This document shows positions 42,910 to 52,790 of a stretch of DNA of 64,000 nucleotides, piece by piece. The notes under the pieces were generated by a model that worked only from the letters and a program-made list of their open reading frames with translations, made no database searches and was not told the DNA's origin. The position numbers and the translations under genes were made by a program. Numbering within the stretch: the stretch's first letter is position 1; each line of letters starts with the position of its first letter. The DNA is from Clostridia bacterium. Lineage in GTDB: Bacteria > Bacillota > Clostridia > Oscillospirales > CAG-272. Where the stretch lies: assembly GCA_017399305.1 (NCBI GenBank), contig JAFQDK010000041.1:9504-73503 (forward strand). Reading direction: 5' to 3'.

Positions 42910-44832
42910 TTATCTTTTAACTATCTTAAAACGTTTGCCGACGGCATTCCATTTATCACCGAGTATATCCGGAATTCGCGCGATAAGCTCGCGGTCATAT
43001 ACTGTGGAATCCGGCAATCCAAGTTTTTCAGACCGCTCAGGCAATTCCTCATATGCACAAATGTATGGATGCAACTGCAAAACGGGACAATTGTGACGGC
43101 CTTTACTGATATCAGATGCTTTATATGCATTGACCTGATCAATAGTCGCAGTTTCCCAGCCCTCGGATTCAAGAAAAGCCATCCAGCGATTGTGCTCTGA
43201 ATACGAAAGCATATCCAGCTTTTCTTTTTCAAGATAGTCCTTTAACTCTACCTCCTCGCCATCTGCATCGGCATCTGTATAATCAAGTCCAAGCAATGCC
43301 AATTTATACCTGATGTGCATTGCATTTGCTCTGTTTGAACGCTTGTTCACTTCAAATATCTTGTATCTTCCAAGCGCCGCCTGCACATCAATATCTGCTT
43401 CACTGAATATATCCTCATAAACAAGATGCACGTTTTTTGAGAGCTTCTCGATATCGGAATCAACAAGATTGTTGTATGTATAAATATCTCCGTAATAACC
43501 AAACGGCGTTATATCATAACTCGTGCGGCGTTCGGGATTAGCTTCGGAAGTCTGAAGATTTCTCACCATTTTAGCTTTATCCGAATACCGGATATATGCG
43601 TATATCGGAGGAGCATTTTTATACTCGCTATCAAATTTATAAAACATTCGGCGAAGTAGAATGGCTATATTTACGGTTTCCTCATCATTCTCACGGTTGA
43701 CCACAATATAGTTTGCGTCGCGGCAATGCTTGTCAACGGTATCTGCAAAATCCTTATCGCCTATACATGAATAAAACTCCACATCGTATCTATCCGTAAA
43801 GAGACCGGGAAACCAGAGTTTCATATTTTCAATCTCTTTTTCTATGTCGATGCCAACAACCCTGACTTTGAGTTTGTATCCGGCAAGTTGACCGCACCAA
43901 AGTGCCGCACGCAAAAATGCCTTATCGAGCTTATCCAAGCCGCAAAGCAGAATAGATATCTCACTGTTTGTTGCATGTTTATACAACGGATACTCATTCA
44001 ACAAATCATACGCTATCGTTTCTATCTCATTGACAACATGAATGTCAATATTGCCTTTATCCGAAGAATCAATCATAATATCAACATTGTCGCCATCTGC
44101 AAACAGAAAAACATGAATCTTCTGCTGAACCTCTGTCGGAAGATCTCTTGAATCGTTTATAAGATCAAGAGTGTGATTGAGGTTTATATCAGAATCACCT
44201 GTAATACAAAAATAATAAATCTCTTTGTCTGCAACATGCTTTATCTGAATAGACTCTATGCTCTTTTCATAAACAATGCAGTTAAGTTCCTGTTGCAGAA
44301 CATTTTTTTCTGCAACGCCAGAAATATCAGAAAACACGATATCGCATTTCCCTATAGTTTCGCGGATGTTACGGGCAAGTGCCTCAGACTTGTTATTTAT
44401 CTCAGAAAACACAAATATGGGGCGTCGTCTGTGATTAACCACCGACAAACGGACTGTTGCAAGAAAATGCAACACCAAAGTAATCGCCGACACTGCGGAA
44501 ACCGCAGGCAAAGCGATATGAACAAATCCCAGAAGCGCTATGTATATCTTCTCAAAAAGTCCAAATCCGATACTTGCAGTTATAAAATCATACCAATCGA
44601 GGCATCCGGACTCAAGTGAGATTACCTGCAAAATGTTATAAAGGCTGCCCCATACAGCAGCTATAGGCTCATATCCAATAAAAAACGGCGGTATGTATAA
44701 TATATACGTTGAGACTGTAAACAAAACAAATATATAGAATACTTTTTTACTGCCATGTTTTGTGTCAACCGAAACCATAGCAGTGACAACAAAAAGCATT
44801 ACAGCCGCAATAGCACATATATACCAAATCAT
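42910..44832 (-). CDS. Membrane protein with two Rossmann-like modules and a C-terminal RyR domain
   Basis: About 4 N-terminal TM helices. 'RPIFVFSEINNKSEALARNI' and 'ISILLCGLDKLDKAF'. C-terminal 'SEHNRWMAFLESEGW...LHPYICAYEELPE...YDRELIARIPDIL'. Confidence 0.65.
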   Translation of the reverse strand: MIWYICAIAAVMLFVVTAMVSVDTKHGSKKVFYIFVLFTVSTYILYIPPFFIGYEPIAAVWGSLYNILQVISLESGCLDWYDFITASIGFGLFEKIYIALLGFVHIALPAVSAVSAITLVLHFLATVRLSVVNHRRRPIFVFSEINNKSEALARNIRETIGKCDIVFSDISGVAEKNVLQQELNCIVYEKSIESIQIKHVADKEIYYFCITGDSDINLNHTLDLINDSRDLPTEVQQKIHVFLFADGDNVDIMIDSSDKGNIDIHVVNEIETIAYDLLNEYPLYKHATNSEISILLCGLDKLDKAFLRAALWCGQLAGYKLKVRVVGIDIEKEIENMKLWFPGLFTDRYDVEFYSCIGDKDFADTVDKHCRDANYIVVNRENDEETVNIAILLRRMFYKFDSEYKNAPPIYAYIRYSDKAKMVRNLQTSEANPERRTSYDITPFGYYGDIYTYNNLVDSDIEKLSKNVHLVYEDIFSEADIDVQAALGRYKIFEVNKRSNRANAMHIRYKLALLGLDYTDADADGEEVELKDYLEKEKLDMLSYSEHNRWMAFLESEGWETATIDQVNAYKASDISKGRHNCPVLQLHPYICAYEELPERSEKLGLPDSTVYDRELIARIPDILGDKWNAVGKRFKIVKR

Positions 44833-44859
44833 TGTTTTTCTCCTTATTTTACGGAGTTA

Positions 44860-44904
44860 CAAATTGGCAGTAACGGCACCGAAAGGCGCCGCGACTGCCA
44901 TTTG
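44860..44904 (-). terminator. Long imperfect hairpin after the WG-repeat gene
   Basis: CAAATGGCAGT...GGCGCC-tttc-GGTGCC...ACTGCCAATTTG on the minus strand. Confidence 0.5.
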
Positions 44905-44957
44905 CACATCTTTTCCGCATCTTAAAGCTGCGTCTTATTTACCATTTTACCATAAAA

Positions 44958-47900
44958 TCAGTAAAGTCTGAGTGCTGCAGCGACGGTCTGCTCTGCTGTG
45001 CACATGGTATGCGGCGAGAATTTATCATCGCCCATTCCAAGCATGATTCCTGCAGCGCGCATATTGTATACACTTTCCTTTGCCCAGTCGGCAATAGCGC
45101 TGTCATCAGCGTATGTATAGCCGTCCGGGGTAACGCTCTTTCCGCCAAGTCGGTAAACTCTGTCAAGGATAGTTGCAACCTCTTCGCGGGTAATATACGC
45201 GTCGGGTGCAAACTTTCCGTTGCCCTTGCCGTAGATAACGCCGAGGGTGCTCAGCGCCTTAACCGCTTCGCTATCGGTATCGGTAAAGTTTATTGCTTGA
45301 GCGGTTGTACTTGCGAGTGCGGTTTTAACAGCAGGAAGATTATACACTATCTCGCAGAAGCCCTCGCGTGTGATATTCTTACGATAAAGTGGCGGATTCT
45401 CATATTCGATAAGCCCTTTATCAAGTGCGATGAGCACTGTTTCACCTGCCCAATCCGACGGATTGTTGTAAACACACTTTACAAGGCGTTTGCCGAGCGG
45501 TCCCGCCTTGCCGAGATTTGTGTATACAAACGCAAGTTTGTTTTCAAAATCTCCGCCATAGCACCACACATTGTTTGACTCAAGAACGATATCGCCGTCT
45601 TCATTGATATACGATGTATCGCCGTATCTACCGTAGATGATATTCTGTACCACAGGTGCCATGCCGCCGCTGAATTTATCCTGAACATAGTAGCCGTGCG
45701 GAAGTGTGATCTTCACCTTGCCGGTATTATCAATATATCCCTCAAAGCCGCGCTTTGATATGCCGACATAACCGTTATCGCCAATATCGGTTACATGAGT
45801 ACAGCCGGACGCTAAAACTCTGCCGCTTGCGTGCACCACAGCAAAAAGTCCGCCACGGTATACTTTGAACATATCGTCACCGAGATATGTTATATCGCCT
45901 ATTGCCGGCTCTATCACGGTTTCACCTTTGATATTTACAACGCCGAGTTCGTTCATTTCATCGCCGGAAACGATGAGATAATTCTCATTAACGATATTCT
46001 GTATATATCTTTCGCCAAGATCCAATAAAAGCTCAAAGTTCTTGTTATATATCTTCGAGCCAACTATATAATATCCGGTATAATCGGTATAAACATCAGG
46101 CTTTGAGGCAAACGGCTCTTTGTTGAGCTCGTTTCCGTCAGCGTCAACAACATACCAGCCGCCGTCACGCTTTGCGGCAAACTCCTTGTCAAGGAACCAC
46201 ACAAGTTCATAAGGTGTTCTTGAGCCTAAAATATAGTATTTACCGTCATTTTCTTTGCAGTAATACTGACCGATATTTCCAAGATAGAACTCTGCAAGGC
46301 CTGCAGTTTCTTCAAGCGACCAATCATAAACTATTCTTTCACATGCAGGAGAACGCGAAACAATCATTACAGAATTATCATAGACTATAGCAATTTCCTG
46401 CTCACCCTCAATAATCTGCTTATACTCGCCCTCTTTGAGCGTCATCATAACATCGTTTTCGGTATCGCGTATCTCTACGGTATCACCCTCGTTAAAAATA
46501 CAAGTGCCGTAAACCAAAACTTTATTATCGGTTGGTCTGCCTTTAAGGTCGAAATAACGCTCGGTGCCATCCTTCATACTGAAGACATAGCCGCCGTCAC
46601 GCTTAGCAATCGTGCTGACCTCGCCGTAGAAATCAATATACTCAAATTCCCAGAGCGGTACTGACTTTTCAGGTATGTACTTCACCACACCGTAACGATT
46701 ACCGTCAGTCACGGTGAAAAACCCCTCATGCTCGGTACTGCCGAACGAAGAATAGCTTGTTGTCACCTTGTCGGAAAGAGTGAATACGACCTTGCCGGTA
46801 GTATCTACAAACTTGCCGTTTTCGATATAAGCAATTCCGTTGTTAAATCCCTGCGACCAGTTTTCAGGATTGAAAACAACTTTGCCGTCAGTGTCAATTA
46901 CTTCATGTGTCCATACACCGTCAATACAGCTTGATGCAAAGGCATATCCCTCAGCATAGTTTGAAACCATACGGTATTTGAACTCAGTTATCTCGTTGCC
47001 GAAAAGGTCATAGTATCCTGAATGGTCATACGACTTTTGTGCCTTGATAATACCGTCTGAGATATCATAAATATTGGTATGCTCTATAGGCAAAACAAGA
47101 TTGCCGCTAAAATCGACAAGGCCGTAAAGTTTCGGATACTCATCTTTATCCTCACGTGTATTGTCTATCGACACCTTAACGAGTGAATAGTCATAGAATA
47201 CGTTAGCTATCTCATACTCGCACGGCTCCATCATAACGGTTTTGCCGTCGGATGCAACAACTCCGTATTTATTGCCAATCTGTACCTTGTAGCACTTAAG
47301 ATACCCGTTGTCGGTTATCGGCTCAATGTAGTCATACGCAAAAGGCGTAAGAATATTACCGTCATAGTCAATGATGCCATGCTTGCCGTCCTTAACAGCT
47401 ACAACAGAATAGCTGTCAGCAGTAAAAGCATATATCTTATCATACTCAGGCTTTATTGCAACATTGAAGCCATGATCAAGTGCACCGAACTTGCCATTTT
47501 CCTCAAATACAAGTCTGCTGCTGTCAAAGGTCAGTCCGTATCCGGCATTTTTATCCGGAACAAATCCGTCATACGGAAGAACTTTTAGCCGGTTTCCCTG
47601 ATAATCACAGATTGCGAACTCACCTTCATAATAGAAAATAGGTCTGCCGTCATTATTATTTCCAAGGTCTATAAAAACAAAATTGTTTGAAAGAGAGATA
47701 AACTCTTTCCCAAAAGTGCCGACCACCTGACCGTTGTAATTAATAATTTCATAAGTGTCACCGAGTTTACCGACACCCATACCATGATCATTGAAGTAAA
47801 GGCTGTCATAATCCTTGGTGAGCTTGTCACCTTTGAGGTCATATGCAGCTACCTTTTCATTTTCATCAAGAGCAATAATACGGCGACCTGTCACATAAAA

Positions 47901-48017
47901 CGAATCAAACTCTATTCTGCCGTATTCTGTAGGAAGTATATATTCAAATGTACCGACGGCACTTATTCCAAATGTCAAAACAAGGCATGCTGCCATAAAC
48001 ACTATAAATTTTCTCAT
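44958..48017 (-). CDS. WG(KWG)-repeat beta-propeller-like protein with C-terminal SLH-like wall anchors
   Basis: Signal peptide from the ATG at 48017 (GGAGG RBS). Many 'G(K/R)xG(V/I)(V/I)Dx.G..(V/I).P.(Y/F)D' units. C-terminal 'FTDTDSEAVKALSTLGVIYGKGNGKFAP...TREE'. Confidence 0.7.
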   Translation of the reverse strand: MRKFIVFMAACLVLTFGISAVGTFEYILPTEYGRIEFDSFYVTGRRIIALDENEKVAAYDLKGDKLTKDYDSLYFNDHGMGVGKLGDTYEIINYNGQVVGTFGKEFISLSNNFVFIDLGNNNDGRPIFYYEGEFAICDYQGNRLKVLPYDGFVPDKNAGYGLTFDSSRLVFEENGKFGALDHGFNVAIKPEYDKIYAFTADSYSVVAVKDGKHGIIDYDGNILTPFAYDYIEPITDNGYLKCYKVQIGNKYGVVASDGKTVMMEPCEYEIANVFYDYSLVKVSIDNTREDKDEYPKLYGLVDFSGNLVLPIEHTNIYDISDGIIKAQKSYDHSGYYDLFGNEITEFKYRMVSNYAEGYAFASSCIDGVWTHEVIDTDGKVVFNPENWSQGFNNGIAYIENGKFVDTTGKVVFTLSDKVTTSYSSFGSTEHEGFFTVTDGNRYGVVKYIPEKSVPLWEFEYIDFYGEVSTIAKRDGGYVFSMKDGTERYFDLKGRPTDNKVLVYGTCIFNEGDTVEIRDTENDVMMTLKEGEYKQIIEGEQEIAIVYDNSVMIVSRSPACERIVYDWSLEETAGLAEFYLGNIGQYYCKENDGKYYILGSRTPYELVWFLDKEFAAKRDGGWYVVDADGNELNKEPFASKPDVYTDYTGYYIVGSKIYNKNFELLLDLGERYIQNIVNENYLIVSGDEMNELGVVNIKGETVIEPAIGDITYLGDDMFKVYRGGLFAVVHASGRVLASGCTHVTDIGDNGYVGISKRGFEGYIDNTGKVKITLPHGYYVQDKFSGGMAPVVQNIIYGRYGDTSYINEDGDIVLESNNVWCYGGDFENKLAFVYTNLGKAGPLGKRLVKCVYNNPSDWAGETVLIALDKGLIEYENPPLYRKNITREGFCEIVYNLPAVKTALASTTAQAINFTDTDSEAVKALSTLGVIYGKGNGKFAPDAYITREEVATILDRVYRLGGKSVTPDGYTYADDSAIADWAKESVYNMRAAGIMLGMGDDKFSPHTMCTAEQTVAAALRLY

Positions 48018-48133
48018 ATAAAATCCTCCTTTTGCTTTTTCTATATTAATTTTACCATATAAAGCTACGTTTGGCAACAGGTATTATTATCTCCGCAAAT
48101 GCATATACATTTATCAAAAAACGGAGGATAGCC

Positions 48134-48532
48134 ATGCCAAAAAATACTTTAGAAAAAATGTCATTGCCCATACGTACCGCTATTACTGTAGGAGCATCTC
48201 TGTTATTCGCCTTTATCATTTGCATTATAATAAGCGCTGTAGCATTTTTGAGCGATGACCCGACAAAAAACCTAACCCTCTATGGAGAAATAGCATTTTG
48301 CATCACTATGTTGTTTTGCGGTTTTCTCGGTGCACGTATCGCATCCGACAAGCGATTTGCAAGTGGAGTTATCGCGAGTGGCATCATGCTGCTGATAGTC
48401 ATAACGGCATCCATAGTATTTGGCGGCGAAAGCTTTGTCAAGGAGCTGATTCTCGCCCTGCTCGGCGCATTTATCGCATCGGTTGGAGCGGCTATCGGTT
48501 CACGCGAAAAGAAAAGAAGACGAAAAAGATAA
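48134..48532 (+). CDS. Small polytopic membrane protein (TIGR04086-like)
   Basis: 4 TM helices and a basic tail 'REKKRRRKR'. The ATG at 48134 has a GGAGG RBS. The family call is tentative. Confidence 0.5.
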   Translation: MPKNTLEKMSLPIRTAITVGASLLFAFIICIIISAVAFLSDDPTKNLTLYGEIAFCITMLFCGFLGARIASDKRFASGVIASGIMLLIVITASIVFGGESFVKELILALLGAFIASVGAAIGSREKKRRRKR

Positions 48533-48561
48533 AAAGCAGACTCGCCATGAGTCTGCTTTTT
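48532..48561 (+). terminator. Intrinsic terminator
   Basis: AAAAGCAGACTC-gccat-GAGTCTGCTTTT. Confidence 0.75.
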
Positions 48562-48586
48562 ACTTGCACGAATTACAATTTTTGTA

Positions 48587-48634
48587 GGGGGAGGCGTTTT
48601 GCCGCCCCCTTACGTTTTAGCGACTGCGTCGCTA
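48587..48634 (+). repeat. Intergenic double-hairpin element (GGGGGAGGC-gtttt-GCCGCCCCC; TAGCGAC-tgc-GTCGCTA)
   Basis: The stems are directly readable. G/C-rich within an AT-rich spacer, and not followed by a T-run. Confidence 0.5.
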
Positions 48635-48719
48635 AACTATATATTTATCTTTATCCGCAAATATTGCTTTTATATCAAATAAATGTTACAATAATAAAGA
48701 TAATCTAAAATCGGAGCGT

Positions 48720-50441
48720 TTGACATTGAAAAGAATATTACATTACCTTTCAAAATACAAAGTGGTATCATTTTTAGCGCCGCTTTTTAAAATGCTTGAA
48801 GCAACATTTGAACTGCTTGTCCCCATTGTCGTTATGGATCTTGTGGACATAGGCATAAAAAACGGCGATAAGGGATATATCATCAGCCGCGCACTTATTC
48901 TCGTGCTTTTCTGTGCACTTGGGTTCGGCTTTGCCGTAACTGCACAGTTTTTCTCTGCCAAGGCTGCTGTCGGCGTTGCAAAAGACCTTCGCCGTGATAT
49001 GTATGAAAAGACACAAAAATTCAATCACGCCGATCTCGACAGAGCCGGAATATCAAACATTCTCACCAGAATGACAGGGGATGTTAACCAGGTGCAGACA
49101 GGTGTCAACATGACGCTCCGTCTGCTTATGCGCTCACCAATAGTTGTTTTCGGTGCCGTTATCTGCGCATTTCTTATAGACGTTAAGTGCGCACTGATTT
49201 TTGCAGTTGCAGTACCTCTCCTGCTTATCGCGGTATTTGCAATAATTCTTGTTACAATTCCACTTTTTAAGAATGTACAAAAAAAGCTTGAACGTGTTCT
49301 GCGTTCTGCTCGCCAAAACCTCACAGGTGCAAGAGTTATCCGTGCATTCTGCGCCGAGGATGAAGAAATAAATGATTTTGACAAAGAAAACAACGAGCTT
49401 TTCGATATGCAAAAGTTCACTTCGCGCATATCCGTTTTACTGAATCCATTAACGTATCTTATAATTAACTTTGCAATTATCGCACTTATATACACAGGCG
49501 CTATCCGCATTGAAAGCGGTATCATCACACAGGGTGCACTGCTTGCTCTCTACGACTATATGTCGCAGATACTGATTGAACTTGTCAAGTTTGCAAACTT
49601 CATCGTCACCATTACAAAAGCTATGGCAAGTGCAAACCGAATTGATGAGTTCTTCAAAGAGGGAACTCCTATGAAGACTATCGCCGATAAGCGCGATGAA
49701 AATGCTCCGTTTATCGTATTTGACAATGTTTCATTTGCATACCCAAGCGGCGGAAACGTACTTGAAAACATATCTTTCACCGCCAACCGTGGTGAAACGA
49801 TCGGCATTATCGGCGGTACAGGCAGCGGCAAAAGCTCACTTGTATCACTTATCCCGCGCTTCTACGAAGTATCGGGCGGCACTGTAAAGGTTGACGGCCT
49901 TGACGTACGTGCGTACGATGGCGACAGCCTTAAAGAGCGCATCGGCGTTGTACCGCAAAGAGCTGTTCTCTTTGCAGGAAGTATACGCGACAACATGAAG
50001 TGGGGCAAAAACAATGCCACTGACGAAGAGATACTCGATGCGATAAAGACCGCACAAGGCGGCGATATTGTGAGCGCAAAAGGCTCTCTTGATGCACCGG
50101 TAACCGAGGGCGGCAAAAACTTCTCAGGCGGTCAACGTCAGCGCCTTACCATTGCGCGCGCACTCGTTCGCAAGCCTGAGATACTCATTCTGGACGACAG
50201 CGCAAGTGCGCTTGACTATGCAACCGATGCAAAACTCCGCATGGCTATACGCGGCCTGGAGAATCCGCCAACAACATTTATTGTGTCTCAGCGTACCGCA
50301 TCGGTAATGCACGCTGACAAGATAATCGTTCTTGACGACGGAAAAGCCGTTGGAATCGGCACACATGATGAATTACTTGAAAGCTGTCCCATATACAAAG
50401 AAATATACGATTCCCAGTTCAAGGGAGGTGAGGGCAAATGA
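48720..50441 (+). CDS. ABC exporter, fused permease/ATPase (heterodimer subunit 1)
   Basis: 6 TM helices plus an NBD ('GGTGSGKSS', 'FSGGQRQRLTIARAL', 'ILILDDS'). TTG start at 48720 or 48726. Confidence 0.9.
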   Translation: MTLKRILHYLSKYKVVSFLAPLFKMLEATFELLVPIVVMDLVDIGIKNGDKGYIISRALILVLFCALGFGFAVTAQFFSAKAAVGVAKDLRRDMYEKTQKFNHADLDRAGISNILTRMTGDVNQVQTGVNMTLRLLMRSPIVVFGAVICAFLIDVKCALIFAVAVPLLLIAVFAIILVTIPLFKNVQKKLERVLRSARQNLTGARVIRAFCAEDEEINDFDKENNELFDMQKFTSRISVLLNPLTYLIINFAIIALIYTGAIRIESGIITQGALLALYDYMSQILIELVKFANFIVTITKAMASANRIDEFFKEGTPMKTIADKRDENAPFIVFDNVSFAYPSGGNVLENISFTANRGETIGIIGGTGSGKSSLVSLIPRFYEVSGGTVKVDGLDVRAYDGDSLKERIGVVPQRAVLFAGSIRDNMKWGKNNATDEEILDAIKTAQGGDIVSAKGSLDAPVTEGGKNFSGGQRQRLTIARALVRKPEILILDDSASALDYATDAKLRMAIRGLENPPTTFIVSQRTASVMHADKIIVLDDGKAVGIGTHDELLESCPIYKEIYDSQFKGGEGK

Positions 50442-52174
50442 AAAAAGGAACCTTTACACGTGTGCTCACCTATATAAAAAACAGCATTGGTCTTCTGCTC
50501 GTTACCCTCATTTTAGCTCTCGCCATTGTAGCAATGACACTGTATCTACCAATTCTTATCGGCGATGCTATTGACCTTTGCGTAGAGGGCAATGTTAAAA
50601 TTGATACGATAGTCGATATCCTGATAAAATGCGGTATAACAGTTGCACTCACTGCAATTTTACAGTGGATAATGAGCATTCTCAACAACAATATAACATT
50701 CCGCATCGTGCGTGATATCCGACGCGATGCAATCCGCAAAATACAGCGTTTGCCCCTCTCCTACATCGACTCACATCAGACAGGTGAAACGGTAAACCGC
50801 GTCATTTCGGATGTTGACCAGTTCTCAGACGGATTGCTTATGGGCTTTACGCAGTTCTTCACAGGCATAATCACTATCATTGGTACGCTTGCCTTCTTGA
50901 TAGTAATTGACTGGAGAATTGCACTGTTTGTATTTGCGCTGACGCCTCTTTCGTTGTTTGTTGCCAAGTTCATTGCACAGCACACACACGATTTCTTCCT
51001 TGTGCAAAGCAAAACCAAGGCGGAGCAGACAGCGTTTATCAATGAAACTGTATCCGAGCAAAAAGTATCAATCGCTTTTTCTCACGGTGACGAAAACCTT
51101 GAAAAATTTGACGAGATAAACGACAGACTTGCAAAATGCTCGCTCAAAGCAACATTCTACTCTTCCCTTACCAATCCGTCAACGCGAGTTGTAAACAACC
51201 TCGTTTACTTTGGCGTTGCACTGCTCGGCGGATTTTTCTGTATCGGAATCAATCCTTCTATGACAGTCGGCAACCTCGCCGTATGCTTGCGCTATGCAAA
51301 CCAGTATACAAAGCCTTTCAACGAAATTTCAGGCGTTATCACAGAGTTGCAAAATGCACTTGCATGCGCATCGCGCATCTTTGAAATGCTTGACGCAAAG
51401 GAAATTGAGCCCGACAAGGACGACGCGGCTGACCCCGAAGAGATTAACGGCAATGTTACATTTGAGAACGTTCATTTCTCCTACACCCCCGAAAAGAAGC
51501 TTATTGAAAACTTTAATTTTGCAGCAAAGCACGGTCAGCGCATTGCCATTGTAGGTCCTACAGGCTGTGGTAAGACCACGCTTATAAATCTCTTAATGCG
51601 CTTCTACAACCCCACAGACGGCAAGATAATGATAGACGGAATCTGCACAAGAGATTTAAAGCGCGTTACACTACGCAAAAACTTTGGCATGGTGCTTCAG
51701 GACACATGGCTGAGAGAAGGCACCATACGCGACAATATCACAATGGGAAAGCCCGATGCCACGGATGAAGAGGTTGTTGCCGCGGCAAAGGCGGCTCACG
51801 CACACAGCTTTATCAAAAATCTGCCAAACGGCTATGACACCTACATCGGAGAGGACGGCGGCGCCCTCTCCGCAGGACAAAAGCAGCTGCTGTGTATCAC
51901 GCGAATCATGCTCTGCCTACCGCCCATGCTTATCCTCGATGAAGCAACCTCGTCCATCGACACACGCACGGAAATGCGCATTCAGAACGCGTTTGCAACA
52001 CTGATGAAAGGCAGAACCAGCTTTATAGTTGCACACCGCCTTTCGACCATACGCGAGGCTGACGTTATCCTTGTTATGCGTGACGGTAATATCGTTGAGC
52101 AGGGCACGCATGACGAGCTGTTAGCTAAAGGCGGCTTCTACTCCGAGCTCTGGAACGCTCAGTTTGTAAATTAA
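50438..52174 (+). CDS. ABC exporter, fused permease/ATPase (heterodimer subunit 2)
   Basis: 'GPTGCGKTT', 'LSAGQKQLLCITRIM', 'MLILDEATS'. 4-nt overlap with the upstream gene. Confidence 0.9.
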   Translation: MKKGTFTRVLTYIKNSIGLLLVTLILALAIVAMTLYLPILIGDAIDLCVEGNVKIDTIVDILIKCGITVALTAILQWIMSILNNNITFRIVRDIRRDAIRKIQRLPLSYIDSHQTGETVNRVISDVDQFSDGLLMGFTQFFTGIITIIGTLAFLIVIDWRIALFVFALTPLSLFVAKFIAQHTHDFFLVQSKTKAEQTAFINETVSEQKVSIAFSHGDENLEKFDEINDRLAKCSLKATFYSSLTNPSTRVVNNLVYFGVALLGGFFCIGINPSMTVGNLAVCLRYANQYTKPFNEISGVITELQNALACASRIFEMLDAKEIEPDKDDAADPEEINGNVTFENVHFSYTPEKKLIENFNFAAKHGQRIAIVGPTGCGKTTLINLLMRFYNPTDGKIMIDGICTRDLKRVTLRKNFGMVLQDTWLREGTIRDNITMGKPDATDEEVVAAAKAAHAHSFIKNLPNGYDTYIGEDGGALSAGQKQLLCITRIMLCLPPMLILDEATSSIDTRTEMRIQNAFATLMKGRTSFIVAHRLSTIREADVILVMRDGNIVEQGTHDELLAKGGFYSELWNAQFVN

Positions 52175-52188
52175 GAAAAGGTTTTACG

Positions 52189-52758
52189 ATGAAAAGAACA
52201 AAAGTATTAACATTTATTTTGTTGACACTCGTGCTTCTCGCCATAGCTTCTGCAGGCTCTCTCTACTACCGCACCACACCGCACTACTTATTGCGGCATG
52301 AATACGCTGCTGATGTTACTCTTGACAACGGTAACGTGGTAAGATTTATACGGCATTATGAACACACTCCTGAAGGTCTTGTTTTTTACGACGAACTTGA
52401 TGTTTACAGAATTGTAGACCTGTGTTCGGATGACCTTGTAATTCCCGAGAAGGTCGGCGGCTACCCTGTTACAGCATTTGGAAAGCATACACCTGTGGCT
52501 TTCTTCGCAGATACCAACTCTTTACAGGTTAAAAAACTGACACTCCCCGATACGATGAAAAACGTAGGTGCGGGAAATTTCTCAAATCTTGAATATCTGG
52601 ATATAGGAAACTCAACCGCATACGGCTTGTGTCAATTGGATGCATACAATTTAAAAGATGTCAAGGTCAGCCCTGACAATGCTCGTTATAAGTTAGAAAA
52701 CGGCTGTCTTGTATATAAAGAAAACGGCGATTTGGTGTTTGACTATACGGTAGAATAA
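52189..52758 (+). CDS. Membrane-anchored protein with BspA-type leucine-rich-repeat-like units
   Basis: N-terminal TM helix. 'LVIPEKVGGYPVTAFG', 'LTLPDTMKNVGAGNFSNLEYLDIGNS'. Confidence 0.5.
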   Translation: MKRTKVLTFILLTLVLLAIASAGSLYYRTTPHYLLRHEYAADVTLDNGNVVRFIRHYEHTPEGLVFYDELDVYRIVDLCSDDLVIPEKVGGYPVTAFGKHTPVAFFADTNSLQVKKLTLPDTMKNVGAGNFSNLEYLDIGNSTAYGLCQLDAYNLKDVKVSPDNARYKLENGCLVYKENGDLVFDYTVE

Positions 52759-52790
52759 CCAATTATATATTAAAGAATTGGAGAACTAAC

